Shown here one piece after another: positions 13,262 through 24,653 of a stretch of 53,301 bases of DNA. The position numbers and the translations under genes are program-made. Origin of the DNA: Octopus bimaculoides (lineage: Eukaryota); the NCBI RefSeq assembly GCF_001194135.2, contig NC_069008.1:4106849-4160149 (forward strand), in the 5' to 3' direction. The notes under the pieces are model-generated. The model worked only from the letters and a program-made list of their open reading frames with translations, was not told the DNA's origin and searched no databases. The first letter of the stretch is position 1. The number at the start of each line of letters is the position of its first letter.

Positions 13262-13900
13262 GCTAGTTTTATAGAAACATCTTCCAAAATACCTGTTTTG
13301 ATTTTCACACATTAACTTGTGTAGGTTGATCTATGTAAAATGTTAAGAGAAAGAAACCTAGACGTTTCTTGCAATGCATACCAATACATACACCTAAAGC
13401 TGGGGTTCTCAACCATTTATTATTATCTATGGGCCCCTCTCATTACTGTATTATTCTGGTTGACCCCATAGAAACTTCTTTCAAAATTCCAGTCTAGTTT
13501 TTCACACGTTAACTTCTACAGGTTGAACAATATAAAATGTTAGAGAAAGAAACCTAGCTGTTTCTTGCCATAAATACCAATACATACATCTAAAGCAGGG
13601 GGTTCTCAACCATTTATAATCCATGGACCCCTTTGATTACTATTTCATTCTGGTGAACCCCCATAACCATTCGATGTTTAAAAATTAGTTTTATAGAAAC
13701 TTCTTTCAAAATTCCTATTTTGTTTTTTCACTCATTAACTTGTGTAGGTTGAACTACGTAAAATCTTAGAGAAAGAAACCTAACTGTTTCTTGCAATACA
13801 TACATCTAAAGCAAATATTTTTCAGGGGCCCTTAAAATACTATTATGAACCCCCCAAAATCTTATATGAATCCTGGTTGAAAACTACTGGTTAAATGGTG
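13262..13900 (+). mobile_element. hAT/Charlie-like MITE with internal triplication
   Basis: Termini caggggttctcaacc and ggttgaaaactactg. A ~200-bp block (gaaac..tcaaaa..ttaact..gtaggttga..agagaaagaaacct) occurs three times. Related copies at about 6150..6240 (-) and 53140..53225. Confidence 0.6.
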
Positions 13901-13992
13901 AAATGTAAATATAATACTGCAATGATATGTTTGTCATGGTTTCATTTGGTTCTCTTCTCTCTTTGTGTTTCTGCTGTTACCCCACTGTCCAG

Positions 13993-14091
13993 TTAAAGAT
14001 GACCCCACTTCATTGGGCCACGGAGAAGGGTCACTCGACCATTGTTGAACTATTAATAAAGAACGGTGCTGACGTCAATGTAGATGATAAG
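13993..14091 (+). CDS. GABPB1: GABP-beta exon 3 (ankyrin)
   Basis: [33 protein letters not shown]; ccag| and |gtgaga. Confidence 0.95.
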
Positions 14092-14944
14092 GTGAGAATT
14101 TCAGGGATCAGTTTTTCTTTTCTTATGGTTTTTTTCTTTTTTTTTCCCCCCATTTCTTACTCTGACCTAGTTAGGTTAGGTTGTTTCACTCACAAACGTA
14201 AGGTCAGGGTTTCAATTCCAAGCCCAAGTAGCGTGTCGTGCACTTGAGCAAAAAACACATCTTTTCACTTTGTTCCAAGTTCACTGAGCTGTAAAGGAGT
14301 CCCAGCAGATACTTGGGAAGTTAATCCTGTGATGGACCTGCATGTATATATGTGTGTGTATGTGTGAGTGCATATATATAAAGCGAGCCTGGCAGAATTG
14401 TTTGCACACTGGCCAGAATACTTAGCAGCATTTCATCTCTCTTTATGTTCCGAGTTCAGAGGGCCAGTCATGCGGTACTGGCATCGGCTACGTTCAAATG
14501 GTGTTTTTACGTGTCACCTGCATGAGAGCCTGTCTAGCAGCACTGGTAACGTCCTTGCTCAAATGTTGTTTTTCACGTACCACCGGCACAAGTGCCAGTA
14601 AGGCGATGCTGGTAACGATCACGCTCTAATGGTGCTTCTATAAATATATCTTTCATCTTTTACTTGTTTCAGTCATTAGAGTGTGGCTATGCTGGAGCAC
14701 CGTGTTGAAGAATTTTAGGCAAGCAATTCAACCCCAGTACTTAAATTTGATTTTTAAAACTTGGTACTTATTCTATCAGTCTTTGGACCTAATTCCCTGA
14801 AGGATTTATTGCAGCACTTAATGATCTTATTTACCTAGATGTAACAATCAAAAATCCCTTCCTAGGATTTGCCCTCTCGCTAAACTGAACCTATGTCTTT
14901 TCCCCATCTAATTTTCCCTTTTCTTTTTTTTTCTTTGTTTTCAG

Positions 14945-15019
14945 TTTGAACGTACCACATTAGACATTGCACAAGGCAATGCACGTCAGGATATTTTACA
15001 GCTATTACACATGGGGCAG
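14945..15019 (+). CDS. GABPB1: GABP-beta exon 4 (final ankyrin half-repeat)
   Basis: FERTTLDIAQGNARQDILQLLHMGQ; long pyrimidine tract, ttcag| and |gtaagt. Confidence 0.93.
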
Positions 15020-15263
15020 GTAAGTTTCAGCAATCCGCAGACATTTTCTGTGTTTTTGTGCATGGTTAATTTTGAATGTACAAAGGTGCGTTCCTGAAGT
15101 TTCCAAACTTTTTCGGAAGACTCATTTATTAATTTGTAGAAATCGTAGTTATACCATGACTCTCCAGCCAACTCGTAGCTCCTGCCATACTGGGGTCTGG
15201 CATAGAGAAAGATTTATGAAATGCTTGTGTGGAGTCAGTTGTACTGGTGTATATGTGAGTGTT

Positions 15264-15295
<32 letters not shown>

Positions 15296-15409
15296 TCATC
15301 ATCATTATCGTTTAACATCCGCCTTCCATACTGGAATGAGTTGGATGATTTGAGAGGAGCTGACCAAGCAGAAGACTGCACCCGACCGGTCACTACGCCT
15401 TATACCCGT

Positions 15410-15640
15410 GGGCATATGGCATAGTGTTTAAGAGTGCGGGCTACTAACCCCAAGATTCCGAGTTCGATTCCAGGTAGGCCTGAATAATAATAATAATAAT
15501 ATCAAAAATTACCTTAGGAATGAGAACCCAGGTTCGAAATTTTCCCCCAAGACACTTGATGAAGACTGGAGGGTATATCAGTCGAAACTTTGTGTTAACA
15601 ACAAACAAGATGAGGACAAGTTCCCGTCAAATGTAAATAA
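15410..15640 (+). mobile_element. tRNA-headed SINE ending in a Penelope-type minimal hammerhead motif
   Basis: A box TGGCATAGTG at 15417..15426, B box GTTCGATTCC at 15462..15471, then (AAT)n and a hammerhead-like fold at 15551..15596. Confidence 0.65.
15551..15596 (+). ncRNA. Degenerate minimal type I hammerhead ribozyme motif
   Basis: GACAC-UUGAUGA-A-GACUG(10-nt loop)CAGUC-GAAAC-UUU-GUGUU. Stems I and II pair. Core C3>U and the stem III palindrome is broken. Confidence 0.55.
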
Positions 15641-15675
15641 TGTATCATTTCTGTTTGTTTTTCCTCTTCACACAG

Positions 15676-15916
15676 AACAATCCAGACTTGACTGGATTGA
15701 CGGAGGGTGAGACTGTCACCATAGAAACAACAGACACGGAGGCACTAGCATCAGCTGGTATCGTCAGCCACGTAATCGAAGAGATCCCTTCATCGGTTGT
15801 TGCCACTCCCATAATGGAAGCTCCGCCAACGCCAGTACCTAATACCGAAACCAAAGACGCAACTAATCTAGTTCCTGTCACACTGGTGCCAACTGAGACG
15901 GCTACATCGAAGAATG
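15676..15916 (+). CDS. GABPB1: GABP-beta exon 5 (T/E/P-rich linker)
   Basis: cacag|AAC...AAT G|gtatgt. Frame is continuous with exons 4 and 6. Confidence 0.88.
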
Positions 15917-16336
15917 GTATGTTGTTTATCTTTTGCTTCTTGTTTCATTCATGAGACAACTGCCATGCTGGGGCACCGCCTCGCAGGGTTTAAATCAAGC
16001 AAATCAGCCCCTATACTTTGTTTTTTTTTTATTTCAAGTTTGGTATTTATTCTATCAATCTCTTTCACTGGGAATGTTAACAAACCAACACTGGTTGTCA
16101 AGCGATTGAGGGACAAATGCAAAGACATACAGCCTCATCCTTAGAAGTTTCACTCTTGACTAAGCTGCTCATGGCTCTCAACTTTGGCATAGTGTGTGTA
16201 AGGTCAGGTGGGGTGTGAAGTTAAGGTATTTCCAGGGAAGCCCTTGATTTGAATATTGGGCTATCAACACTGTCAGGTTTCTGGCAAAAGCCTAAGGGGC
16301 GTTAAAGGAATTTCTCTGTCTTCTTCTTATCATTGG

Positions 16337-16400
<64 letters not shown>

Positions 16401-16437
16401 CATCATCATCATCATAAGTCGAAAGGTAAGCTACTAT

Positions 16438-16469
16438 AAATCAGCACAAACTTTTCGGACAACCCAATA
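16438..16469 (-). mobile_element. Solo mariner TIR remnant
   Basis: Reverse complement tattgggttgtccgaaaagtttgtgctgattt resembles mariner TIRs. Confidence 0.45.
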
Positions 16470-16817
16470 TTTTACTCCAATCGCACAGGGTGAAAACGGT
16501 CTAGTGAATCTATCAGATTTTTAGAAGTGTTACCTACAGATTGATTTCTATAGGTAACCCTTCTTTTAAAAATCTGATTCATTCACTAGCCTGCTTTCAA
16601 TTTGTGCTAACGGAGTAAAATAATGTGGTCTATGGAGTTATTAGCATCTATTTCTAGTATGTTGGTGTGCCTATCCACATCCTTTTGCTATCATTATATC
16701 TATATAATTATAAATCAGTCTACACACACACACAGATTCAATCATATTTATATATATATATATATATATATGTTCTTTTGTCTCTCCTTGTACGTGTCCA
16801 TCTCTGATTCCTGACAG

Positions 16818-16898
16818 AAAACTCGGAACAAAGCAGTACCTCTGTTCTTGCCACTCTTGCAGTACTTGCAGAAGCCACTGCGCCTTTCAATGCTCAAA
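16818..16898 (+). CDS. GABPB1: GABP-beta exon 6
   Basis: ENSEQSSTSVLATLAVLAEATAPFNAQ contains the conserved SVLATLAxLAEA block. Phase 1-1. Confidence 0.93.
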
Positions 16899-17149
16899 GT
16901 AAGTATTCCTTCTTTTTTTTTATATATATATATACTTTTTATGCCATTCAGTAAATAAATACATAACTAAACAAATATGGAAAATTGATACAGACCTGCA
17001 CAGTTAACAGGAAAACTATTTTAAAAATAATTTTTATTGCCACTTGGCTGTTCCATAGGAACTGACGTTACAACTAGGAGAGTATTGTAGTTTGCTTGAA
17101 GCATTGTATATTGTTTGTAAAGAATAAAATGTTTTGAATGGTACATAGG

Positions 17150-17472
17150 AGCACTCCGTCGGTTACGATGACGAGGTTCCCAGCTGATACGATCAACGGA
17201 ACAGCCTGCTCGTGAAATTAACGTGCAAGTGGCTGAGCACTCCACAGACACGTTTATCCTTAACGTAGTTCTCGGGGATATTCAGCGTGACAGAGAGTGT
17301 GACAAGGCTGGCCCCTTTTAAATACAGGTACTACTCATTTTCGCTAGCTGAGCAGACTGGAGCAACGTGAAATAAAGTGTCTTGCTCAAGGACACAATGC
17401 GTCGCTGGGAATTGAACTCACAACCTTACAATCATGAGCCGAATGCCCTAACCACTAAGCCACGCGCCTTCA
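17150..17472 (-). mobile_element. tRNA-derived SINE sharing the family A 3' body but with a different head and core
   Basis: 17150..17325 matches the family A body. 17330..17472 has a different tRNA head and a ccttgagcaagacact core. Confidence 0.8.
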
Positions 17473-17679
17473 CGAATGGTACAACAATGCATTATGATAC
17501 AAACAATGTGCTATATACCTGTTGTAATTTAACCATCCATAGTCTGATGATATTTCGGAATGATATTCCTACCAAGCTTCTTACCACACAACCATGCCTA
17601 TAAATATTTCGACACGCTCAGATACACACCATTGCAAGTGACTGGTCCCTCATTTCATATATCTCTCTCTCTGTTCCAG

Positions 17680-17799
17680 ACCCTAGTACAGCGGAAGCTA
17701 TGAGTTGGCTGGAGAGTCAAGGTATAACTATGATTTCTACAAATGATGCTGGTATCCTTACGTCAGCTGTTGAAAGTGGCCAGCCCATAGCCCTCACAG
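17680..17799 (+). CDS. GABPB1: GABP-beta exon 7
   Basis: NPSTAEAMSWLESQGITMISTNDAGILTSAVESGQPIALT; ttccag| and |gtaaat; phase 1-1. Confidence 0.88.
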
Positions 17800-18739
17800 G
17801 TAAATTTCGATTTCTTTCTCTCTCTCTTATCTTGTTTGATCTGTTTGTATGTTTTATTGTCTGTCAGCCAAACCCATCATACACATCCATCATTCTGTTA
17901 TTTGTTAACATCCTGTCCTAAACAGCAATTTAGTAACACTGTGTAACACAGTTTTTGTCCCTAGGTAGCAATCGTTATTTCCTATTCGTGTACCCCTAGA
18001 AAATATGATAAATGGCTAAAATCAAGAGGTGGCGTTTTGATGGAAATTGAGGATCACAGACGAAGGTTTAATGCCGTAGCATCTAAACCTGCCACATCCA
18101 GCCTAAAATGTGAAGATCTGATCTCTCACACCTACCTTGCAAAAGTTTGAAGGGAATGGTAGTCATTTCCTTCGATTTCTAGATAGAATCGAATAAGAAA
18201 TACNNNNNNNNNNNNNNNNNNNNNNNNNNNNNNNNNNNNNNNNNNNNNNNNNNNNNNNNNNNNNNNNNNNNNNNNNNNNNNNNNNNNNNNNNNNNNNNNN
18301 NNNNNNNNNNNNNNNNNNNNNNNNNNNNNNNNNNNNNNNNNNNNNNNNNNNNNNNNNNNNNNTTGAAGGGAATGGTAGTCATTTCCTTCGATTTCTAGAT
18401 AGAATCGAATAAGAAATACCACTTATTGACCAAAGACAAGAAGGAAATCTGTGGGATTGAGCAGAATATTTGCTAAAAAGATATTTCTGCTTCTGCAACT
18501 CAGCATTGAATCTGTCTGAAATGTAATGGAAAAATAGGTCGGTTTCAAAACATTGATGTCCAGGTGATAAAACTAGCCATTTCCTTTAATTTCTAGATGG
18601 AAGCAAATAGGAAATAATAACACTTGCTGACCAAACACAAAACACTGTTACACAGTGTTATCATCTGAATATCCTAACATTATTAAAATTCCTTTGTTTT
18701 TTAAATTTAAAAAATAATTTTTGATTTCTTTTACCACAG

Positions 18740-18867
18740 AAGCTGGAAAGATGGCACTGAATATCTTCAAGCAGCAGGGCCTGTCCCACACTGTAGGAGA
18801 CGGGGAGACAAACGACCCCGTTGTCGATCCTGTTGTTGAGACAGTTGTTGGGGACACAAACGACCAA
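18740..18867 (+). CDS. GABPB1: GABP-beta exon 8
   Basis: EAGKMALNIFKQQG...GDTNDQ; cacag| and |gtaagc; phase 1-0. Confidence 0.87.
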
Positions 18868-19272
18868 GTAAGCATCTCTCTTTTAACATTTTCACTGGTT
18901 TCAGTCTTGAAGGGTTTCATCAAACAAATCGACCACAGTGCTTATTTTTTAATCTGGTTCTTGTTCTATTGGATTCCTTTTTGCTGAACTGCTAAGTTAC
19001 AGGGATATAAAAAAAAACCCTAGCACTAGTTGTCAAGTGGCGGTAGGGGACAAAACCAAACACACACACAGACATATACATACACACACACACATATACA
19101 TATATATCATCATCATCATGCAGTGTTTTAAATCCAGGCTTTGTCCCCGTTAACTGGGGTGGCCAGATCTATCTCACTGCCATAGCAACTGAGGCTGGCT
19201 AGTGCCCATTCTCCCTTGCTATCATGAGGCTCTGTTTGGAGATGGATTTTCTACAGGGAGCATGCCCATCCT

Positions 19273-19308
<36 letters not shown>

Positions 19309-19413
19309 TATATATACCCTGTGATAGTGAACCACTGATTTTGAATTACCCTGCATTATATCACATCATGTGTTCCATCTGTAATTTTATTTTTGTTTCT
19401 TTTCGCTTTACAG

Positions 19414-19519
19414 AAGGTCATTACCATAGTAACAACAGATCAAGCCGAAGAGGAACCAGTTATAGTGACGGTGACCCCAGATGTTTCAAATGAAGCTGCA
19501 TTGACTGTAGAGTCAGCTG
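19414..19519 (+). CDS. GABPB1: GABP-beta exon 9
   Basis: KVITIVTTDQ...VESA contains the VITIVT block. tacag| and |gtaatt; phase 0-1. Confidence 0.87.
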
Positions 19520-19975
19520 GTAATTAACTACATTTTGTTGTTGTTGTTCTTTATCCTCTTTCCCAGGTCAGCCCTGATTCAACTCTCCTATAATTAAGAC
19601 TTTGCAGACTTTTACCACCCTGTGGGAGGAAGGTGTCTCCCTTATTGGTTCATATATACATACTTAAGGCAATAAGGTGTGATTTGAGGGAGATTTGGCT
19701 GCTATGTCTACAAGTACATTACCTAATATGTGTTTTACCTTTTTTTTAAAGATGGTCAGGCTGCATGGAAGGAGATTTGGCTGTTATTTCTAGCAGGTCT
19801 TGCTCCCTATAGGGGGTCTCCCTCATTGGCTCATACATACATATGTTATTGACTAGCACCCTCCCCCAAAATTTCAGGCCTTGTTCCTGTAATATAAGTG
19901 ATTAATATTTTTATTATTATCATTATTATTATTATTATTATTATTATTAAAGGTGGCTGTTAGCGCACTGGGCAA

Positions 19976-20020
<45 letters not shown>

Positions 20021-20079
20021 GCATTTAATCTTACCTGAAACAACTTAATACCTTCCGACTAATATTTTCGCCTTTACAG

Positions 20080-20165
20080 AAGAACAACCCCCTCCAGCTA
20101 AGAAATGCCGGTTGGAAGCTGAAGAGGAGACCACAGTGGCAGTACAGCTGGATAACATCTTAGAG
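20080..20165 (+). CDS. GABPB1: GABP-beta exon 10 (NLS-like PPAKKCR)
   Basis: EEQPPPAKKCRLEAEEETTVAVQLDNILE; tacag| and |gtatgg; phase 1-0. Confidence 0.88.
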
Positions 20166-20200
20166 GTATGGCTTTTGTCATTTATGTATGTATGTGTGTA

Positions 20201-20400
20201 TATGAGGTGATATCAAAAAGTGCCAGGACTAGCTATGTTTGATAAAAAATAACTTATTTACCTACATTTTAACTTACCCCTTTTGGAATTGTCATCCCCA
20301 TTCGAAATAGTCTCTTTGCATAGTAATACCCCAGTCACAGCATTCCTGCCACTTTTGGAATTCAGTCTGAAAGTTGTTTCCCATAAGCGAGTCGACTCAG
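20201..20400 (-). mobile_element. Mariner 3' end remnant
   Basis: TIR-like tatgaggtgatatcaaaaagtgccaggact. Minus-strand FQKWQEC...QRDYFEW resembles a mariner transposase C-terminus. Confidence 0.6.
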
Positions 20401-20414
20401 GATCTTGACAACAT

Positions 20415-20578
20415 AGGTGCAGGAGTGGCTGTGTGCTAAGTAGCTTGCTTACCAACCACATGGTTCTGGGCTCAGTCCCACTTCGTGGCATCTTGGGCAA
20501 GTGTTTTCTACTATAGCCTCGGGCTGACCAAAGCCTTGTGAGTGGATTTGGTAGACAGAAACTGAAAGAAGCCCATTG
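20415..20578 (+). mobile_element. SINE family B head and core leading into (TA)n and a gap
   Basis: aggtgcaggagtggctgtgtg...cttgggcaagtg...aagaagccc then TA repeats. Confidence 0.8.
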
Positions 20579-20960
20579 TGTATATAATATATATATATAT
20601 ATATATANNNNNNNNNNNNNNNNNNNNNNNNNNNNNNNNNNNNNNNNNNNNNNNNNNNNNNNNNNNNNNNNNNNNNNNNNNNNNNNNNNNNNNNNNNNNN
20701 NNNNNNNNNNNNNNNNNNNNNNNNNNNNNNNNNNNNNNNNNNNNNNNNNNNNNNNNNNNNNNNNNNNNNNNNNNNNNNNNNNNNNNNNNNNNNNNNNNNN
20801 NNNNNNNNNNNNNNNNNNNNNNNNNNNNNNNNNNNNNNNNNNNNNNNNNNNNNNNNNNNNNNNNNNNNNNNNNNNNNNNNNNNNNNNNNNNNNNNNNNNN
20901 NNNNNNNNNNNNNNNNNNNNNNNNNNNNNNNNNNNNNNNNNNNNNNNNNNNNNNNNNNNN

Positions 20961-21008
<48 letters not shown>

Positions 21009-21068
21009 GTGTGTGTCTGTGTTTGTTCCCCTACATCTCTCTCTTTCTCTTTCCATTATTTCATCCAG

Positions 21069-21602
21069 ACAACAGAGGCAGCGACGCCAGAACGACCAAC
21101 AGTGAGTGAACCACCTGACGCGCAGGAGGAGCTTCGACGACAGCTGGAGGAGATGAAGAGGCAGGCCGAGTCGTTCAAACAGCAACTGATGGTCAAGGAG
21201 CAAGAAGCTGCAGTCTACAAACGACAACTGTCCGAGATGGGCATAGCCAAGGCAGATATGGCGCATACGGATTTGACCACCAGCAGTGGCGCTGGCAGCA
21301 GTGTTGTCGATGAAAGTGACATGAGCGTCGCCAACAATGGCGACAACGAGGAGGGCTTTGATTCCACGGCAGCCGCGGCGGTCACCTTCGTCCCTGGTAA
21401 CATAGTTGTCGAGACTGTGACCATCTCGAAGGATGAGAGCGTGGATATCGATGCTGACGCTGGTGATGTCGAAGCTGGTACTGATGGTGATGGTGAAACC
21501 AGTACTGGTGGTGATGATGATGGTGGTGGTGGTGGTGCTAATAATGGTGCCACGGTGGCCGTTAAAGATGAACCGCTGACCATTAAGACTGAGCCAGTTT
21601 AG
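21069..21602 (+). CDS. GABPB1: GABP-beta last exon: coiled coil plus acidic/Gly tail
   Basis: ccag|ACA. QEELRRQLEEMKRQAESFKQQLMVKEQEAAVYKRQLSEM (21123..21239) matches the GABP-beta dimerisation coil; TAG at 21600..21602. Joined CDS is 1776 nt = 591 aa with no internal stops. Confidence 0.93.
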   Translation, partial: TTEAATPERPTVSEPPDAQEELRRQLEEMKRQAESFKQQLMVKEQEAAVYKRQLSEMGIAKADMAHTDLTTSSGAGSSVVDESDMSVANNGDNEEGFDSTAAAAVTFVPGNIVVETVTISKDESVDIDADAGDVEAGTDGDGETSTGGDDDGGGGGANNGATVAVKDEPLTIKTEPV

Positions 21603-21849
21603 GAAGACAACAGTAGTGGTGGTGGTGGTGGTCAAGGTGGTCAAGATGGTGGCGTATGCAGGGTAGTGCAGGGTGCTATTTATCAAGTTGCAGATCCTTC
21701 CCCCACCTTTGTCAAACTGACCTTGCATTCCAGCCATGACCCTCTCGCCTGACATCATTTTTGATGTGGTACATGCATTTAGGACTACGTTACCATCAAT
21801 GTGCATAACCTCTTTTTTTTTTTTTCTTAAGGCGAAAAGAGAGTGTGAT

Positions 21850-22999
21850 TTTTCAGGGAAACTTTGGTTGCTATTTCTAGTTAGTCAAATGNNNNNNNNN
21901 NGAGGTCTCTCCCTCTTTTTTTTTTTTTTTTGCTTGAGGGATGGTCACGTGATTAGGAACCTACAATATAATATCTAGGCTGTTGTTGTTTAACCCTAGG
22001 TCAACCTTGATCTGGTAAACCTATTATCAAAGACATTCCAACCATAGTCATCTTGCTTTCCTTCCCTACATGCATGAAACCCAGGAACATATTTCTAAGG
22101 CATTTTTAGGGAGATTGGCTGCTGTTTTTAGCTGACTGAATAACCTCAAAAAGCTCTTTTGGAAGTAACAAAGATGTATAATTGTAAACTTCATTGTTTT
22201 TTTAGCTTTCTGGGCCAGTTCTATGCATGGTTATTTGGCTATTATTTCTAACACATTAAGTTACCATGTAGAGGTCTCCCTCATTAGCGTGTACATACAT
22301 ATATACTTTTTAAGTGGTTTGAGGGAGATTTGGCTGCTATTTCTAGCTTGTTGGTTCATATGTACATACATACATACATACCTAAAACGATAGGGTGTGA
22401 TTTGAGGGAGATTTGGTTCCTATATTTAACAGGTTTACTGACCATTTAGAAGTCTCCCTCATTGGCTCATATATATATATAAGACTGTAAACTGTGATTT
22501 GAGAGAGATTTGGCTGCTATTTTTAACAGGTCTAGTTATCATATTGACACCTTGCTTGTTGGTTCATATATAGATAGATACATACATGCATCCTTATATA
22601 AAACAGTAGGATGTAATTTGAGGGCGATTTGGTTGCTATTTCTAACAGGTTTACGAATCGCTTAGAAGTCTCCCTTATTGGCTCATTTATACATATATAA
22701 GACTGTAAGCTGTGATTTGAGGGAGATTTAACTACTATTTCTATTAGTGTCATCTGCTTTAGGCACCATGTAGATATCCCACTTATTAGCTCATTCATCT
22801 ATACATATATAAGCCAGTAGGGAGATTTGGCTGCTATTTTTAACAGGTCTAGGCTACCATATAGATGTTTTGCTGGTTGCTTCATATGTGTATACACACA
22901 TACCTGCTTGCATACACAAGACAGTAAGGTGATTTGAGGAGGATTTGGCTGCTATTTCTAACAGGTTTATTTACTGTGGAGATTGTCCCTCTTTACATC

Positions 23000-23034
<35 letters not shown>

Positions 23035-23510
23035 NNNNNNNNNNNNNNNNNTATATACACACACACACATATATAAGACTGTAAGCTTATATGTGTGATT
23101 TGGCTACTATTTCCATTAATCTCGTCAGCCTTAGCTACCATGTTGATCTCTCGTTAGCTCATTCATATATATTCATACATAAGTCAGTACAGTGTGAATT
23201 GAAGGAGACTTGGCTGCTATTTTTAACAGGTCCAGCTATCATACAGATGTCTTGATTGTTGGTTCATACAGACATACTTACATAAAGTGTAATGAGCCTT
23301 AGCTACCATGTAAATGTCTCCCTTATTAACTCATTCATCTTACACATATATAAGACAGTAGGGAGATTTAGCTGCTATTTTTAACGGTTCTAGCTACCAT
23401 GTAGATGTCTTAGTTATTAGATCGTCCATCTATTCATTGATAAGACATTTCCCTCAAATCACAGGGAAATTTGGCTGTTCTTTCTAGCAAGTTAAGTGAC
23501 CACGTGGCAG
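21850..23510 (+). repeat. Degenerate tandem array of a ~100-bp repeat (tgtgatttgagggagatttggctgctatttctag)
   Basis: About 12 motif copies with related spacers. Inverted copies at 28870..29440 and 427..456. Confidence 0.8.
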
Positions 23511-24091
23511 TCTTCCCTGATGTTAGGTCTGTCAGCTTGATCACGGCCAGACTGGAGCTAAACAACAACAAAGGTCATATTGTATGTGTATGCGTTGTTA
23601 GGGTGGTGGTGGGTCAACATTAATTCCTTTTCCGTCACCCTCTGACCATTCACCTGCACCAGCCAGACCTCACCCTCACCATGTCCCGTTCTCTATCCCC
23701 CACCATCCTTGACCATGGACTGCCACCACTACCAGCATAAATGCAAATTCTGGAACACAAGTCCCTGCATGTGAGAGTTGTAGTCATTGGTGTTGTTGTG
23801 GTTATTGTTGTGTAGCCGATGGTCTGGTCTACTCCATTCCTGATTGAGTTGGGCAGGTTATTTTCACTCATGAACCATCATACCTTTCATTTTATTTTAT
23901 ACACATGTATCTATCTATCTATCTATCTATATATATATATATATATTTATGTGCATGCATATATATATGTATGTATACATACATTGGCGTTAGGAAGGGT
24001 ATCCAGCCATAGAAACCTTGCCGAATCAGACTGGTGCCTGGTGCAGCTCTCCAACTTGCCAGCACAGACAACAAACATTAAAGGACAATAT

Positions 24092-24122
<31 letters not shown>

Positions 24123-24653
24123 ATGTTCTGGAACCATGTGGTTGGCAGGCAAGCTTCTTACCACACAACCACTCCTGCGCCTATCATAAATATATTGAAA
24201 TGCGCTGCATTTGTTTCAATTAATTTCACGTTCTGAGTTTTGATTTAATATTGAGAATAATAGGGAATTTAGTAAAATAATTTTGTCATTAGTGTTTGAA
24301 ATATAAATTAATATAGAATTTTGATGGAATGTTTCAATGTAGAACAGGAAGTTTGTATCATATGACCAGGGGGTGGTCACGTGGATTGGTACTGGAAATT
24401 AATATAGAATTTTGATGGAAGGTTTCAATTTAGAACGGGTTAGAGAAATAGTAAGGAATTTGCTGACAGAGAATCTCAACAGCAATATGGTAACAAAAAG
24501 GTTAAAAAGAAAAATAATTAGCAGAAGACATGAGAGAAGGAGACCTCAATGTGGTCACTTTATATGCTAGAAATAACAGCCTAAATTTCCTACTATCCAC
24601 ACCCTTCCAACTGCTACTAATGTCCATCTGCCCAAATGTAGAAGGGTTTTTAA

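Noticed and set aside
15410-15475. tRNA gene (also SINE heads at about 4540..4611, 17400..17472, 43782..43850)
   Set aside because: A and B boxes are present but there is no complete acceptor stem, and each continues into a repeat body.
18141-18420. Direct repeat flanking a gap (also 10853..10935, 26300..26385, 38385..38645)
   Set aside because: Exact duplicates on both sides of N runs are typical unmerged contig overlaps.
20166-20210. Short GABPB isoform by intron 10 read-through (VWLLSFMYVCVYMR*)
   Set aside because: No clear poly(A) signal nearby and the extension is microsatellite/mariner sequence; only an analogy to vertebrate isoforms.
20511-21806. Long minus-strand ORFs (431 aa and 122 aa)
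   Set aside because: Antisense shadows of the GABPB last exon extended through Ns.
21850-23510. Repeat-spacer array superficially like CRISPR
   Set aside because: Eukaryotic context, degenerate repeats, spacers related to each other, no cas genes, and the same motif dispersed elsewhere.
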